Program-made: the position numbers and the translations under genes
The notes under the pieces: generated by a model
The model's input: the letters and a program-made list of their open reading frames with translations, nothing else
The model's database searches: none
Told to the model about the DNA's origin: nothing
Shown here: positions 50,889-61,261 of the stretch, one piece after another
Layout: each line of letters starts with the position of its first letter
Position numbering within the stretch: position 1 is the stretch's first letter
NCBI GenBank assembly: GCA_043228905.1
Contig: JBHGNT010000002.1
Location: 7,130,001 to 7,194,000, forward strand
Origin: Azolla caroliniana
Taxonomy: Eukaryota; Plantae; Polypodiophyta
Length of the DNA stretch: 64,000 nt
Direction of reading: 5' to 3'

Positions 50889-53800
50889 TGTGAAAGTGTT
50901 TTTAGAATCTAAGCCATTGAACATTAGGAGAATATAAAGTATAGATAATTCACCTTTTGAGGATAAGAACACGAACTAAGACCTTAGGGAAGAAGTCAAA
51001 AGTAAAAGTACGAGACCAAGAGAAAAGTAAAAAGAGAAAACGCAGACTATAAAAAACAGTAAAAATAGAATGGTCATAACTCCCTCGTTGTTTATCCAAA
51101 TATCACGTTTAAATATGGATTAGAAAGCTTGTAAAAAGAGCTTTCTATAGCTTTTTAAATCGCTTAATTTGGATATCGGATGAGGGAGATATGACGATTA
51201 GAAGGTTGATGTGTCATAGCTAAAAATAGGGAGATAAAAAGCTTCTAAAAATAGCATGAACGTGGATAAGAAGAGGAAGGTTATAAAAGAAGAAGTAATA
51301 TTAGTGAGAAGGGGGCTAAGAGTGAAGGCCAAAGAGTGGATGAGGAGTGTTAGGAAGAAGTGTCTTTGTGGAAGAGGAAGTGTCTTAGAAGAGGAAGGTC
51401 TTTGGTTTTAGTTCAATGTGGAGTTTGTCTCCTTTGTATTCTCTTGATGTTGGAATATCAGAATATTCTTATTTCTAGCTCGCTTTCTCTATCTTTTTTC
51501 TTAGTTTCTTGAGTTATACTCTCTAATCATAATTACCTAGAGCTATATAATATATTATGATTTTCAACTCCATCTAATCGGTTTGGTCAAGCCCTCATAT
51601 AGTGTATAACTATCTATTATCTTATACACCCTATCATTTTGGCGCTCCAGGGAGGGTGGATCCTTTCCGTATAGGAGGGAGAACTTATCATTTAATTGTG
51701 TTACTATATTACATTAACTTAGCTATGCAATTTGCATTTTCAGGTGAAAGAACACAAGATGCGGGTGCCTTTTTGGCATCTTTTGAGCATCATGCTGTCT
51801 CTATTGGACGCATCACCGACAATGAGAAGTTACCTTTATTGGTAGCTACATTCTATGGTCGAGCTCGAGATTGGTATGACTCTCTTCCTCCAAACCAACA
51901 GGGAGCATATCAATTGTTGGTGCACCAGTTTCGTGCCAAATATATTCAACGACGAAGTGCAACCGAAGTAAGGGAAGAGCTATTTCGACTAAAGATGGAA
52001 TCACCAATTGGTTTCACTGAGTATGAAAGAAATTTCAAGGATTTGTGGACTACATGGATTCGTCTTCGTGGCGGCACTGAAGACGAGTGGTTTAAAATGG
52101 AACGATTCAAGATGGGTCTTGATATGTATTTCCGTTTGGAAGCAAACTTGAAGGATCCCACATCGTTTCAAGCTCTTATCCAAGTTTGTCAAGCTTATGA
52201 TCGACAAGTGAAGATGATGAGCTCCTTGGGGGATCCCCAAATGACGGCTTTGGGTGCAAATTTGATGCCTCGTGCCAACTTTCAAGCCTCATCTTCAATT
52301 GTGCATGGGGGACAAGTGTTTCCAAATGTGTATACCACCACAACAATAAACCCAACAAGTATATCCCAAGAAGTTGAACAAGTGAGGAGTGAACAAGATA
52401 CCATGGCATTGGTAAATCGGCGCTTTGATGAAGTGATGACCCACTTGCGACAATCCCAAGCAATTCACAACACTATTCCCGATGGTGGTGGCTCTAGAGG
52501 GCATCACGGTGTAATTTGTTATTCTTGTCAAGAGGAGGGACACATCTCAACAAGATGTCCTCATCGACAACAAAGAGGCATGGGAAGAGGCATTTATCAA
52601 GTGCAAAGGAATGGACAACGACCTAACAACAATGAAGTCGAAGGAAACGTAACACTCCCAATGACTCAGGTTCCTACAATTCCTCATAATGTGAATCTTC
52701 TTAATTTTATTGATGATAGTGATAGTGCTTGTGAAGTAGCTCTTGTGAAAAGGACAAGAGCCTCGCAAAAGGAGAAAGAAGTTGAAGGAGAATCTAGTGA
52801 CTCAAGACAAAAGAAGAAGTCTAAGGAGAATGAGAAAGAGGAAAAATTGAGAAGGAGACACTCTAGAAGAAAGATCAAGATGGAGGACATTCCTATGGGT
52901 GAAGGTGTAGAAGCTTTCAATTTGAAGCATGAGTTGATTTCAAGTGGACCAAGGATAACATGGCCGCAACTTCTCCAATTATCTCCCACATTACAAAATG
53001 AGTGGGGGAGACTTGCAAGTATTCGCCAAAGTCGGAAGACTGTGCATTATGTGGGAATCGTGCGAGTAGAAGATCGAAAGGACATACGACCCACCATCCC
53101 CGTCTCCATCAAAGGGTTTCACATCAAAGATGCGTTGGTTGATAGTGGTGCTAGAGTAAGCTTGATTTCTGAATTTGTGGTAAACAAAGTGGGAATTCCT
53201 ATTAGTAGGTCATCTTCAACAAGGGTGGTTGTAGTAGATAGTGGAGTGGTGCATTGCACAAGCATAGTGGAGGATGTGTTCATCAAGTGTTTTGGAATAA
53301 GAGGAGAAGCTTGCAACAAATACCACATCAACTTGAAGGAAAGTGTATCAATTTCCCCAAAGCTTCGGCAATTGAGTGTTGAACAAAAGGAAGAATTTAT
53401 GCAAGAGTTCAACGCATGGTTACAAGAAAGTTCCAATTATAAGATGGAAGATTTGAGGTGTGTGTCACCTATAGTTTTGGTTCCAAAGAAGAATGAGATC
53501 AATTTCAAACCCTTGAATGATTCGACCAAACGAGATGAATTTTCACTTCCTTCTCGAGATGAGATTGTCGATAAAATGGTTGTTTATACAAAACAAGGTA
53601 GTGTGGACAATATGTTGTGCCAAAAAGGATTTCATGTGGATGATTCAAAGATTAACATAATTACAAAGATGACAATTCCGACAAGTCTTGAAGCTTTGAA
53701 AGTATTTGTGCAAAAGGTGCGCTCGCTCGAAAGATTCATTTATATGTTGACATGCTTACTGCTATCAAGAGTGATGTATCCCATGGCCCTACTAGTCTTT

Positions 53801-54831
53801 GGAGAGTTAACGAAGACATAATGATTGTGGTAACCTCTTTCTTTGTGTTGACAAGGAGAAAGATGATGATGGAATTGTCAATGTGTGTGTGGGTGTGTCT
53901 AGGAGTGTGAGGTTTTTCCTACCGATTAGCGGGGGTTTTACTCACATCTTTTTATTTTCTTTTTATTATATCTCTCTCATTGTCTATAGCCAAGAGATTG
54001 GCGAGAGAGCTTTTGTTTGTTAAGTACTGCCAATAAGTGCTTCGCCATAAATGGCTTAGCCTCTAACAAGGGGGAGGGCTAAATGTGAAAGTGTTTTTAG
54101 AATCTAAGCCATTGAACATTAGGAGAATATAAAGTATAGATAATTCACCTTTTGAGGATAAGAACACGAACTAAGACCTTAGGGAAGAAGTCAAAAGTAA
54201 AAGTACGAGACCAAGAGAAAAGTAAAAAGAGAAAACGCAGACTATAAAAAACAGTAAAAATAGAATGGTCATAACTCCCTCGTTGTTTATCCAAATATCA
54301 CGTTTAAATATGGATTAGAAAGCTTGTAAAAAGAACTTTCTATAGCTTTTTAAATCGCTTAATTTGGATATCGGATGAGGGAGATATGACGATTAGAAGG
54401 TTGATGTGTCATAGCTAAAAATAGGGAGATAAAAAGCTTCTAAAAATAGCATGAACGTGGATAAGAAGAGGAAGGTTATAAAAGAAGAAGTAATATTAGT
54501 GAGAAGGGGGCTAAGAGTGAAGGCCAAAGAGTGGATGAGGAGTGTTAGGAAGAAGTGTCTTTGTGGAAGAGGAAGTGTCTTAGAAGAGGAAGGTCTTTGG
54601 TTTTAGTTCAATGTGGAGTTTGTCTCCTTTGTATTCTCTTGATGTTGGAATATCAGAATATTCTTATTTCTAGCTCGCTTTCTCTATCTTTTTTCTTAGT
54701 TTCTTGAGTTATACTCTCTAATCATAATTACCTAGAGCTATATAATATATTATGATTTTCAACTCCATCTAATCGGTTTGGTCAAGCCCTCATATAGTGT
54801 ATAACTATCTATTATCTTATACACCCTATCA
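50889..54831 (+). mobile_element. Young non-autonomous LTR element (748-bp LTRs 50889-51636 and 54084-54831), TSD CATAG, inserted in the integrase of the host Gypsy
   Basis: Only one substitution seen between the LTRs; catag at 50884-50888 and 54832-54836; PBS tggcgctccagggaggg; PPT aagggggaggg. Confidence 0.95.
51725..53821 (+). CDS. Gag-zinc knuckle-protease polyprotein with a vestigial, internally deleted RT
   Basis: Open frame from MQFAFSGE; CYSCQEEGHISTRC; LVDSGA; RT fragments SPIVLVPKKN and NFKPLN...RDEF but no YxDD, RNase H or integrase. Confidence 0.8.
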   Translation: MQFAFSGERTQDAGAFLASFEHHAVSIGRITDNEKLPLLVATFYGRARDWYDSLPPNQQGAYQLLVHQFRAKYIQRRSATEVREELFRLKMESPIGFTEYERNFKDLWTTWIRLRGGTEDEWFKMERFKMGLDMYFRLEANLKDPTSFQALIQVCQAYDRQVKMMSSLGDPQMTALGANLMPRANFQASSSIVHGGQVFPNVYTTTTINPTSISQEVEQVRSEQDTMALVNRRFDEVMTHLRQSQAIHNTIPDGGGSRGHHGVICYSCQEEGHISTRCPHRQQRGMGRGIYQVQRNGQRPNNNEVEGNVTLPMTQVPTIPHNVNLLNFIDDSDSACEVALVKRTRASQKEKEVEGESSDSRQKKKSKENEKEEKLRRRHSRRKIKMEDIPMGEGVEAFNLKHELISSGPRITWPQLLQLSPTLQNEWGRLASIRQSRKTVHYVGIVRVEDRKDIRPTIPVSIKGFHIKDALVDSGARVSLISEFVVNKVGIPISRSSSTRVVVVDSGVVHCTSIVEDVFIKCFGIRGEACNKYHINLKESVSISPKLRQLSVEQKEEFMQEFNAWLQESSNYKMEDLRCVSPIVLVPKKNEINFKPLNDSTKRDEFSLPSRDEIVDKMVVYTKQGSVDNMLCQKGFHVDDSKINIITKMTIPTSLEALKVFVQKVRSLERFIYMLTCLLLSRVMYPMALLVFGELTKT

Positions 54832-57700
54832 CATAGCACCGTTTTTGTTGTGCCTGAGCCAATTGCAGATTCTTGTGTATGCTCGTCCGTACGATAGGTT
54901 GGACCTGCTGCAAGTGCAACTACCAATCCATGGCATCGGTTCAAGTATGTTTTTTGGGCAAATCCACCTTGATGTCGGGGGGTAAACGAGGGTCTCTTCC
55001 ATATAGTGCTCTAAAAGGACTAATTTGAGTCGAGGCCTGCACCAAAGTATTATACGCATGCATGATGAATGGTAGGATCAAGTCCCACGTTGTGTGTAGT
55101 GGATCGAGGAATGCGGTAAGTTGTTGTTTAATCGTCTTGTTCATCCATTTTGTCAATCCATTTGTTTGGGGATGATATGGGGAGGTAAAAATTTGTTGAA
55201 TGCCTAATTGTGTGGCTAATGCTTGCAATACCTCTCCGCTAAATTGTGGGCCTTGATCTGACAGGATGCGAGCTGGGCAGCCATGTGAGAAAATGATCCA
55301 CTCCATCAACTTTGTTGCTATGGTGACAACTCGTGCATCCGGAATTGCGGCGGTTTCGGTCCATTGTGTCAAGTATTCCGATATGACTAAGATATACATG
55401 TTTCTTGCCTGGGATTCGGGAAAGGGGTCAATGATATCCCATCCTATTAATTCAAAGGGTTCAGAAACAATAATAGGCTAGAGTAAGCCGTCATTGGAAT
55501 GGGGTGGCTTAATTTGTTGACATGAGTGACATTATTTGATGTAGGTTGTGATTTTTGTACGCATTTGTGGCCAATAATATCGGAGACGGATCTTGTCCAA
55601 CACCTTGTGGACTCCGAGGTGGCTAGACATCGGGTGATCGTGAAAAAATTGCATATGTAAATTCCTCAAGCTTTGTGGTATGTAGATTTGTGGCTCTTTT
55701 CCTGTTTGTATAAAGTATAAGACATTATTTTGCAACTGGAAATGGTTGTGTACCTTGTTGCTTGTGGTCGATTGGATGCCGTGGGTGATTTGTTGTATTT
55801 GTTCGTCGGCTTGTTGTAGGGCTGCTATCTGGGCCATCGTTGTGGGTAATTGGACTACTGTAGGGTTGAATTGAACACATTGTGTTTTACTCTTGACAAC
55901 CCATCGGCAATCACATTTTGGACTCCTTTTTTATAAGTTAATGTGTACCGTTACTCCTGTAAAGCCATTGCCCATCTTAATAGGTGACCTGGTGGGTGGG
56001 GCTTGTTAATTAGATGGACTAGGGATTGGTGGTCTGTTTCGACGTTGACGTGGGTGCCGTGTAAATAGGGATGGAACTTTGTGAAAGCCCGTACGATTGC
56101 TAACCATTCCTTTTCTGTTGTGGAGTAATTCTTTTCTGCAGGGGTAAGGGATCGACTTATATAGGTGATTGGGCGCTCCACTCCTGTCGCATCCGTTTGT
56201 TGTAGGACGGCTCCCAATCCATGATTGGATGCGTCTGTCTGCAAAAGAAAGGGGCGTGAGAAATCTGGGTGAGCCAACTGACCTGCGTGGTGTAGTGTAT
56301 TTTTTAATTGGATGAAGCTGTTTTCACATTCTGTTGTCCACTTAAACTTGGAGCCTTTTCGCAATAGGGTCGTAGGGGTGTTGTCATGGTGGCCATATTT
56401 GGAATGAATCGGAGTGAAAAAGTCGCCATGCCTAAGAAACGTTGCAAGGACTTGATTGTGGTTGGTCAAGGAAAATTAGTCACAGCCTCGGTCTTCTTTG
56501 GGTCCATCTGGAGGCCTTCGGCAGAAATTATGTAGCCCAAAAACTTTAGTTGTGTGCTACCCCATCTGCATTTTTTCCATTGTAATTTCAAATTGTGTTG
56601 TTGTATTCGTTGTAGAATTGATCGTAATACTTGAAGATGTTGTGGCCATGTGGAAGTATGAATTAGAATGTCATCTAGGTAGACAAGCACTGTACCATCA
56701 GAGATCAGGTCAGCAAAGATTGAATTTGTCATCCGTTGAAAGGTGTTGCCTGCATTGGACAAGCCAAATGGCATCCTGTTGAACTGGAATAGGCCTCTAC
56801 TTGTTCTGAAAGCTGTCTTATGTGCATCTCTTGGGTCCATTGGAATTTGCCAATATCCGGCCGCAAGATCGATAGAGGTGAAGTACTTTGAGCATCCCAA
56901 CTGGTCCAAGAGGTCATCTATTCTCGGCAGAGGGTAAAGGTCATGGATGGTCACTTGATTGAGATTGCGAAAGTCCACACAAAATCAGTATGTGCCATCA
57001 TCCTTTTTGACCATGTGTGGTTCTGATACCCAATCACTATGTGAGGGTGAGATGATCCCTTTTTTTAGCATCTCATTCACTGCTTGGTCGATGCGTGCAT
57101 GATCTAAAGGAGAACGTCGTCTTGATGTTGTCCGGACAGGTGTTGTGCTTCCGGTGTTGATGACATGTTGGACCGGAAATGAGACTGTAGTGGGCTTGTC
57201 AGATGAGTTGATTAGCTCGGGGTATTGAGTTAAAATCTTGTGGACAGCATTTAGGCAAACCTCCTTGCTTAATGCTACCTGTGCATTGCTGATTTGGTGG
57301 TTGCATTTGCTTGTGAACAGGGGAACTGAACTTGCTTGTGGTAATGTGAGGCGATGCGTATGGAAATCGAGTTGGGCCCTGCTCTTGATGAACCAATCAC
57401 ATCCGAGTGTGAGTGGAAACAATTGATGTGGAAGTACGTAGAAGGTGTGCGTGATTGTGGTGGAACCTAGCTTGAGTGTGCAGGCAACTGTGGTGTCGAA
57501 CTTATATAGGCGTTGGTGATCGCCAAACAACACCCTGATGGGGGGGGCTTTGGAGGTTGAAAGATTGAGGCGGGCAACTAGATCTTGGCTAATGGAAGAT
57601 ATGCTACTACCGGAATCGAAGAGAACTTCCTGCGGGCTATTGAGAATTGTGGCCATGGTCGTGCACACGGGAGAACTTGAGGATGTGGATGCTTGTATAT

Positions 57701-57743
57701 GCGGGGGTTGTGCTCCCTTCAACACCCCGCGACTCAGTTTTCC
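57701..57743 (-). promoter_or_regulatory. Putative -1 ribosomal frameshift signal at the gag/pol junction
   Basis: GGAAAAC-TGA (gag ...SEN*), 6-nt spacer, stem GCGGGGTGTTG/CAACCCCCGC; pol is in the -1 frame. Confidence 0.7.
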
Positions 57744-59718
57744 GACAGGTCGGCCCGGTAACTGTTGTCAGCCAACTATACTTGCACATTCTGCTTCTGT
57801 GTTTGGTTGTTCCATTTTCGACAGTGTTTCTTCACGTGCCCATAGTTGTTGCAAAAAAAACACTTAGGTCGTCCTTGTGCATCACAGGTTGGCAAGTTCC
57901 TTCTTGCTTGTAGTTGAGCATTCTGGATATCGATTTCCATCGGTGTGGCATTGTTGTTGTACTGCTTCTCGGAATTGACATTGGATGACCAGCTCATCTG
58001 GAGTTCTGTTTGTGTTGCTGCTTCAATGCGTTGCGCAATGAGGATGGCTTCTTGAAATGTTTTGGGGCCTTGGTCGCGCACTCGACGATATAGTTCTGGG
58101 CGTAGCCGTGGCCATAAGAAGAATAGCTTCATCGATTCAAGCATTGTTGGATTTGCACGAGTAAGTAATTGTTGTAATCGGATTGCGAATTGTGTTATTG
58201 GCTCATGTTGTTGTTGTTCGATAGTCTCTAGTTGCTGTAGAGCTGTCTGAGTTGAGTCATGGTGAGCAAAATTCCCGATCATGAGGGATTTAAGTATCGA
58301 CCAATTGTTCTTGGACTCCTCTGGTTGCTGTATGAACCATGTGGTTGCAATGCCCTCTAATAAAGTTCGCATCTCTAGTGCTTTCCGTGCTTCGGGCCAC
58401 TGATGATAGCTTGCCACCATCTCAAAATGATCGAGCCAAGAAAGGATGTCCTCAGACGGCAGACCTGAGAAGGATTTAGGTCGTACTCATGGATCTGGGC
58501 AATTAGCATGCCTATCTGTCTGCGAAGAGAAAAAAGACAGCATGGCCTGATTAGTCAAATTGGATTGTATTGCTATGTTAGATACCGCTTGTATTAGTTG
58601 ATCCATCTAAAAAGTTTGACGATTTTCTTGGTGTTGTTGCAGAAATTCAGGATTCATGTTGGTGCATTCTGTTGCATTGTTGTTCTGTATTGGAGATGTC
58701 ATTTGTATGTTGGTTTCGACCTGCTGTTGTTGCGTCTTGTTGTGTTGGGTATGGTTGTTTCAGCTTGTTATTGTTGTGTCTTGTTGTGTTGGGTATGGTT
58801 GTTTCAGCTTGTTATTGTTGCGTTTTGTTGTGTTGGGGCAGCGTTGCGGCGCCTTCTTCTTGATGTGGTGGTGTCTAATCTGTTGGAGTAGCGTCTTGTT
58901 TTTGTTTCAGCTTTTTCTTGAGTTGGTGTTTTCATTGTTGCCTGTCTTCTCCACCAAAGTGTGTAAAATGCCTCTAAACTCTCCTCATTTTCCATTTCAT
59001 CTGAATGTATTTATACACCATGGTAATACATTCCAAGATCCATTCGGTTATCTTGGCACACTTCTATTTACTTACTTCTAACTAACCCAAGGTCTAACCC
59101 CCTAACCCTGGTTATAGCTACTTGGGTTAGGTGAGGGGTTTTATCCTGTGGTTTTACCACATGACCCCACAATATATATATATATATAAAAGAACACATG
59201 GAACAATCTAAAATGCATATCAATAATGAAATTACTAACAAATTAACATTATGTTTGGTTTCATGGATAGACTCATATGAAGCCATAACATTATTTTTTC
59301 TCAAACACATTGATCAAACAAATGGCAACCTACTTCATATTTCTATTTGAAATGTAAGACATCATCTATTCACACATTCTTACCCAAATAAAAAAATGAA
59401 ATAAAATAAATCATTTTGTTATTGCAGTGTCTACTTTAAAAACTTATTACAATAAAAGTTGCCCTTATAAAGACCAATTATATAAAAAGAAAACCCTAAG
59501 AAGTTCATTTTAGGCTATAAATTTCATGTCGTTTCCATCTTCAACGTTGGACCTGTATTATAACATGTAACAACAAAGGCAAGAAAACTTAATATACATG
59601 GAAGTAAATAATATCTTAAAGAAATCAAAAAATATATTTGGAATACCGTAGGTTTATATTTGGTTTCTACTCTTTTCTCCTTTTCTTGTTAAAGTAAAAG
59701 GCATAAATATTAAGTTAC

Positions 59719-60107
59719 GTGGTATGTTTGTATGTGGTATGCATGTGTGTCGTGTGTTATGTTTGTGTGTGTGTGTATGTATGTTTTATACATCATATAT
59801 GTTTGTATGTGGTATGCATGTGTGTTGTGTGTTGTGTGTTATGTTTGTGTGTGTATGTATGTTCCATACATCATATATGTTTGTATGTGGTATGCATGTG
59901 TGTTGTGTGTTATGTTTGTGCGTGTGTATGTATGTTCCATACATTATATATGTTTGTATGTGGTATGCATGTGTGTTGTGTGTTATGTTTGTGCATGTGT
60001 ATGTATGTTCCATACATCATATATGTTTGTATGTGGTATGCGTGTGTGTTGTGTGTTATGTTTGTGCGTGTGTATGTATGCATGTATGCATGTGTCTATG
60101 TGTGTTA

Positions 60108-60152
<45 letters not shown>

Positions 60153-60333
60153 ATATTGTTATGTGTGTTATGTTTGTGCGTGTGTATGTATGCATGTATG
60201 CATGTGTGTATGTGTGTTATGTTTGTGTGTGTGTGTGTGTGTTTACATATTGTTATGTGTGTATATGTGTATGTATGTATGTGTATATATGTATTGTATG
60301 GATAGTATTGCATGTGTATATAGGTATGTGTGT

Positions 60334-60370
<37 letters not shown>

Positions 60371-60459
60371 ACATATTGTTATGTGTGTATATGTGTATGT
60401 ATGTATGTGTATATATGTATTGTATGGATAGTATTGCATGTGTATATAGGTATGTGTGT

Positions 60460-60494
<35 letters not shown>

Positions 60495-60585
60495 ACATAT
60501 TGTTATGTGTGTATATGTGTATGTATGTATGTGTATATATGTATTGTATGGATAGTATTGCATGTGTATATAGGTATGTGTGTTA

Positions 60586-60622
<37 letters not shown>

Positions 60623-60866
60623 ACATATTGTTATGTGTGTATATGTGTATGTATGTATGTGTATATATGTATTGTATGGATTGTATTGCATGTGTATATA
60701 GGTATGTGTGTTATGTTTGTGTGTGTGTGTGTGTGTGTTTACATATTGTTATGTGTGTATATGTGTATGTATGTATGTGTATGTATGTATGTGTATATAT
60801 GTATTGTATTGCATGTGTGTATAGGTGTGTATGTATGTACATATTGTATTGTATTTTATTTAATTG

Positions 60867-60933
<67 letters not shown>

Positions 60934-61260
60934 CATTATATGTGTATATAGGTATTGTATGGATTGCATTGCATGTGTATATAGGTATGTGTGTATTATG
61001 TACATATTGTATTGTATTTTATTTAATTGCATTTATTGTATGTATAGCATGTATGTTGTGTGTTATGTTTGTGTGTGTATGTATGTTCCATACTACATAT
61101 ATATGTGTCCATATGTATATGTATATTCTACACACACGTGTGTGTGTGTGTGTGTATTGTATTGTATTCCATGTGTATGTATGTGTTATATATGTAAATG
61201 TGTATGTATGTAAGTGTATATATGTGTATATAGGTATGTGTGTATGTATGTACATATTGT
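59719..61260. repeat. Compound TG/TA microsatellite array with higher-order units
   Basis: (TG)n, TATG and TTG motifs; ~60-70-bp units early and ~125-bp units at ~60240-60800. Confidence 0.95.
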
Positions 61261-61261
61261 A

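Larger units (their letters stand above)
50120..59171 (-). mobile_element. Ty3/Gypsy element with short LTRs (50120-50359, 58962-59171), 4-bp TSD ATAT, tRNA-Ala-like PBS, separate gag and pol frames; decayed
   Basis: LTR pair differs by a 30-bp indel; PBS TGGTGGAGA (58948-58956); PPT gaaggggggag; gag 57776-58420 (CFFCNNYGHVKKHC), PR LFDSGS, RT YLDD, RH LQTDAS, IN SDQG and GPF. Confidence 0.9.

Noticed and set aside
51602-51724. N-terminal extension of the 739-aa ORF
   Set aside because: It starts at a non-ATG codon inside the LTR and crosses the PBS; the ATG at 51725 is the more likely start.
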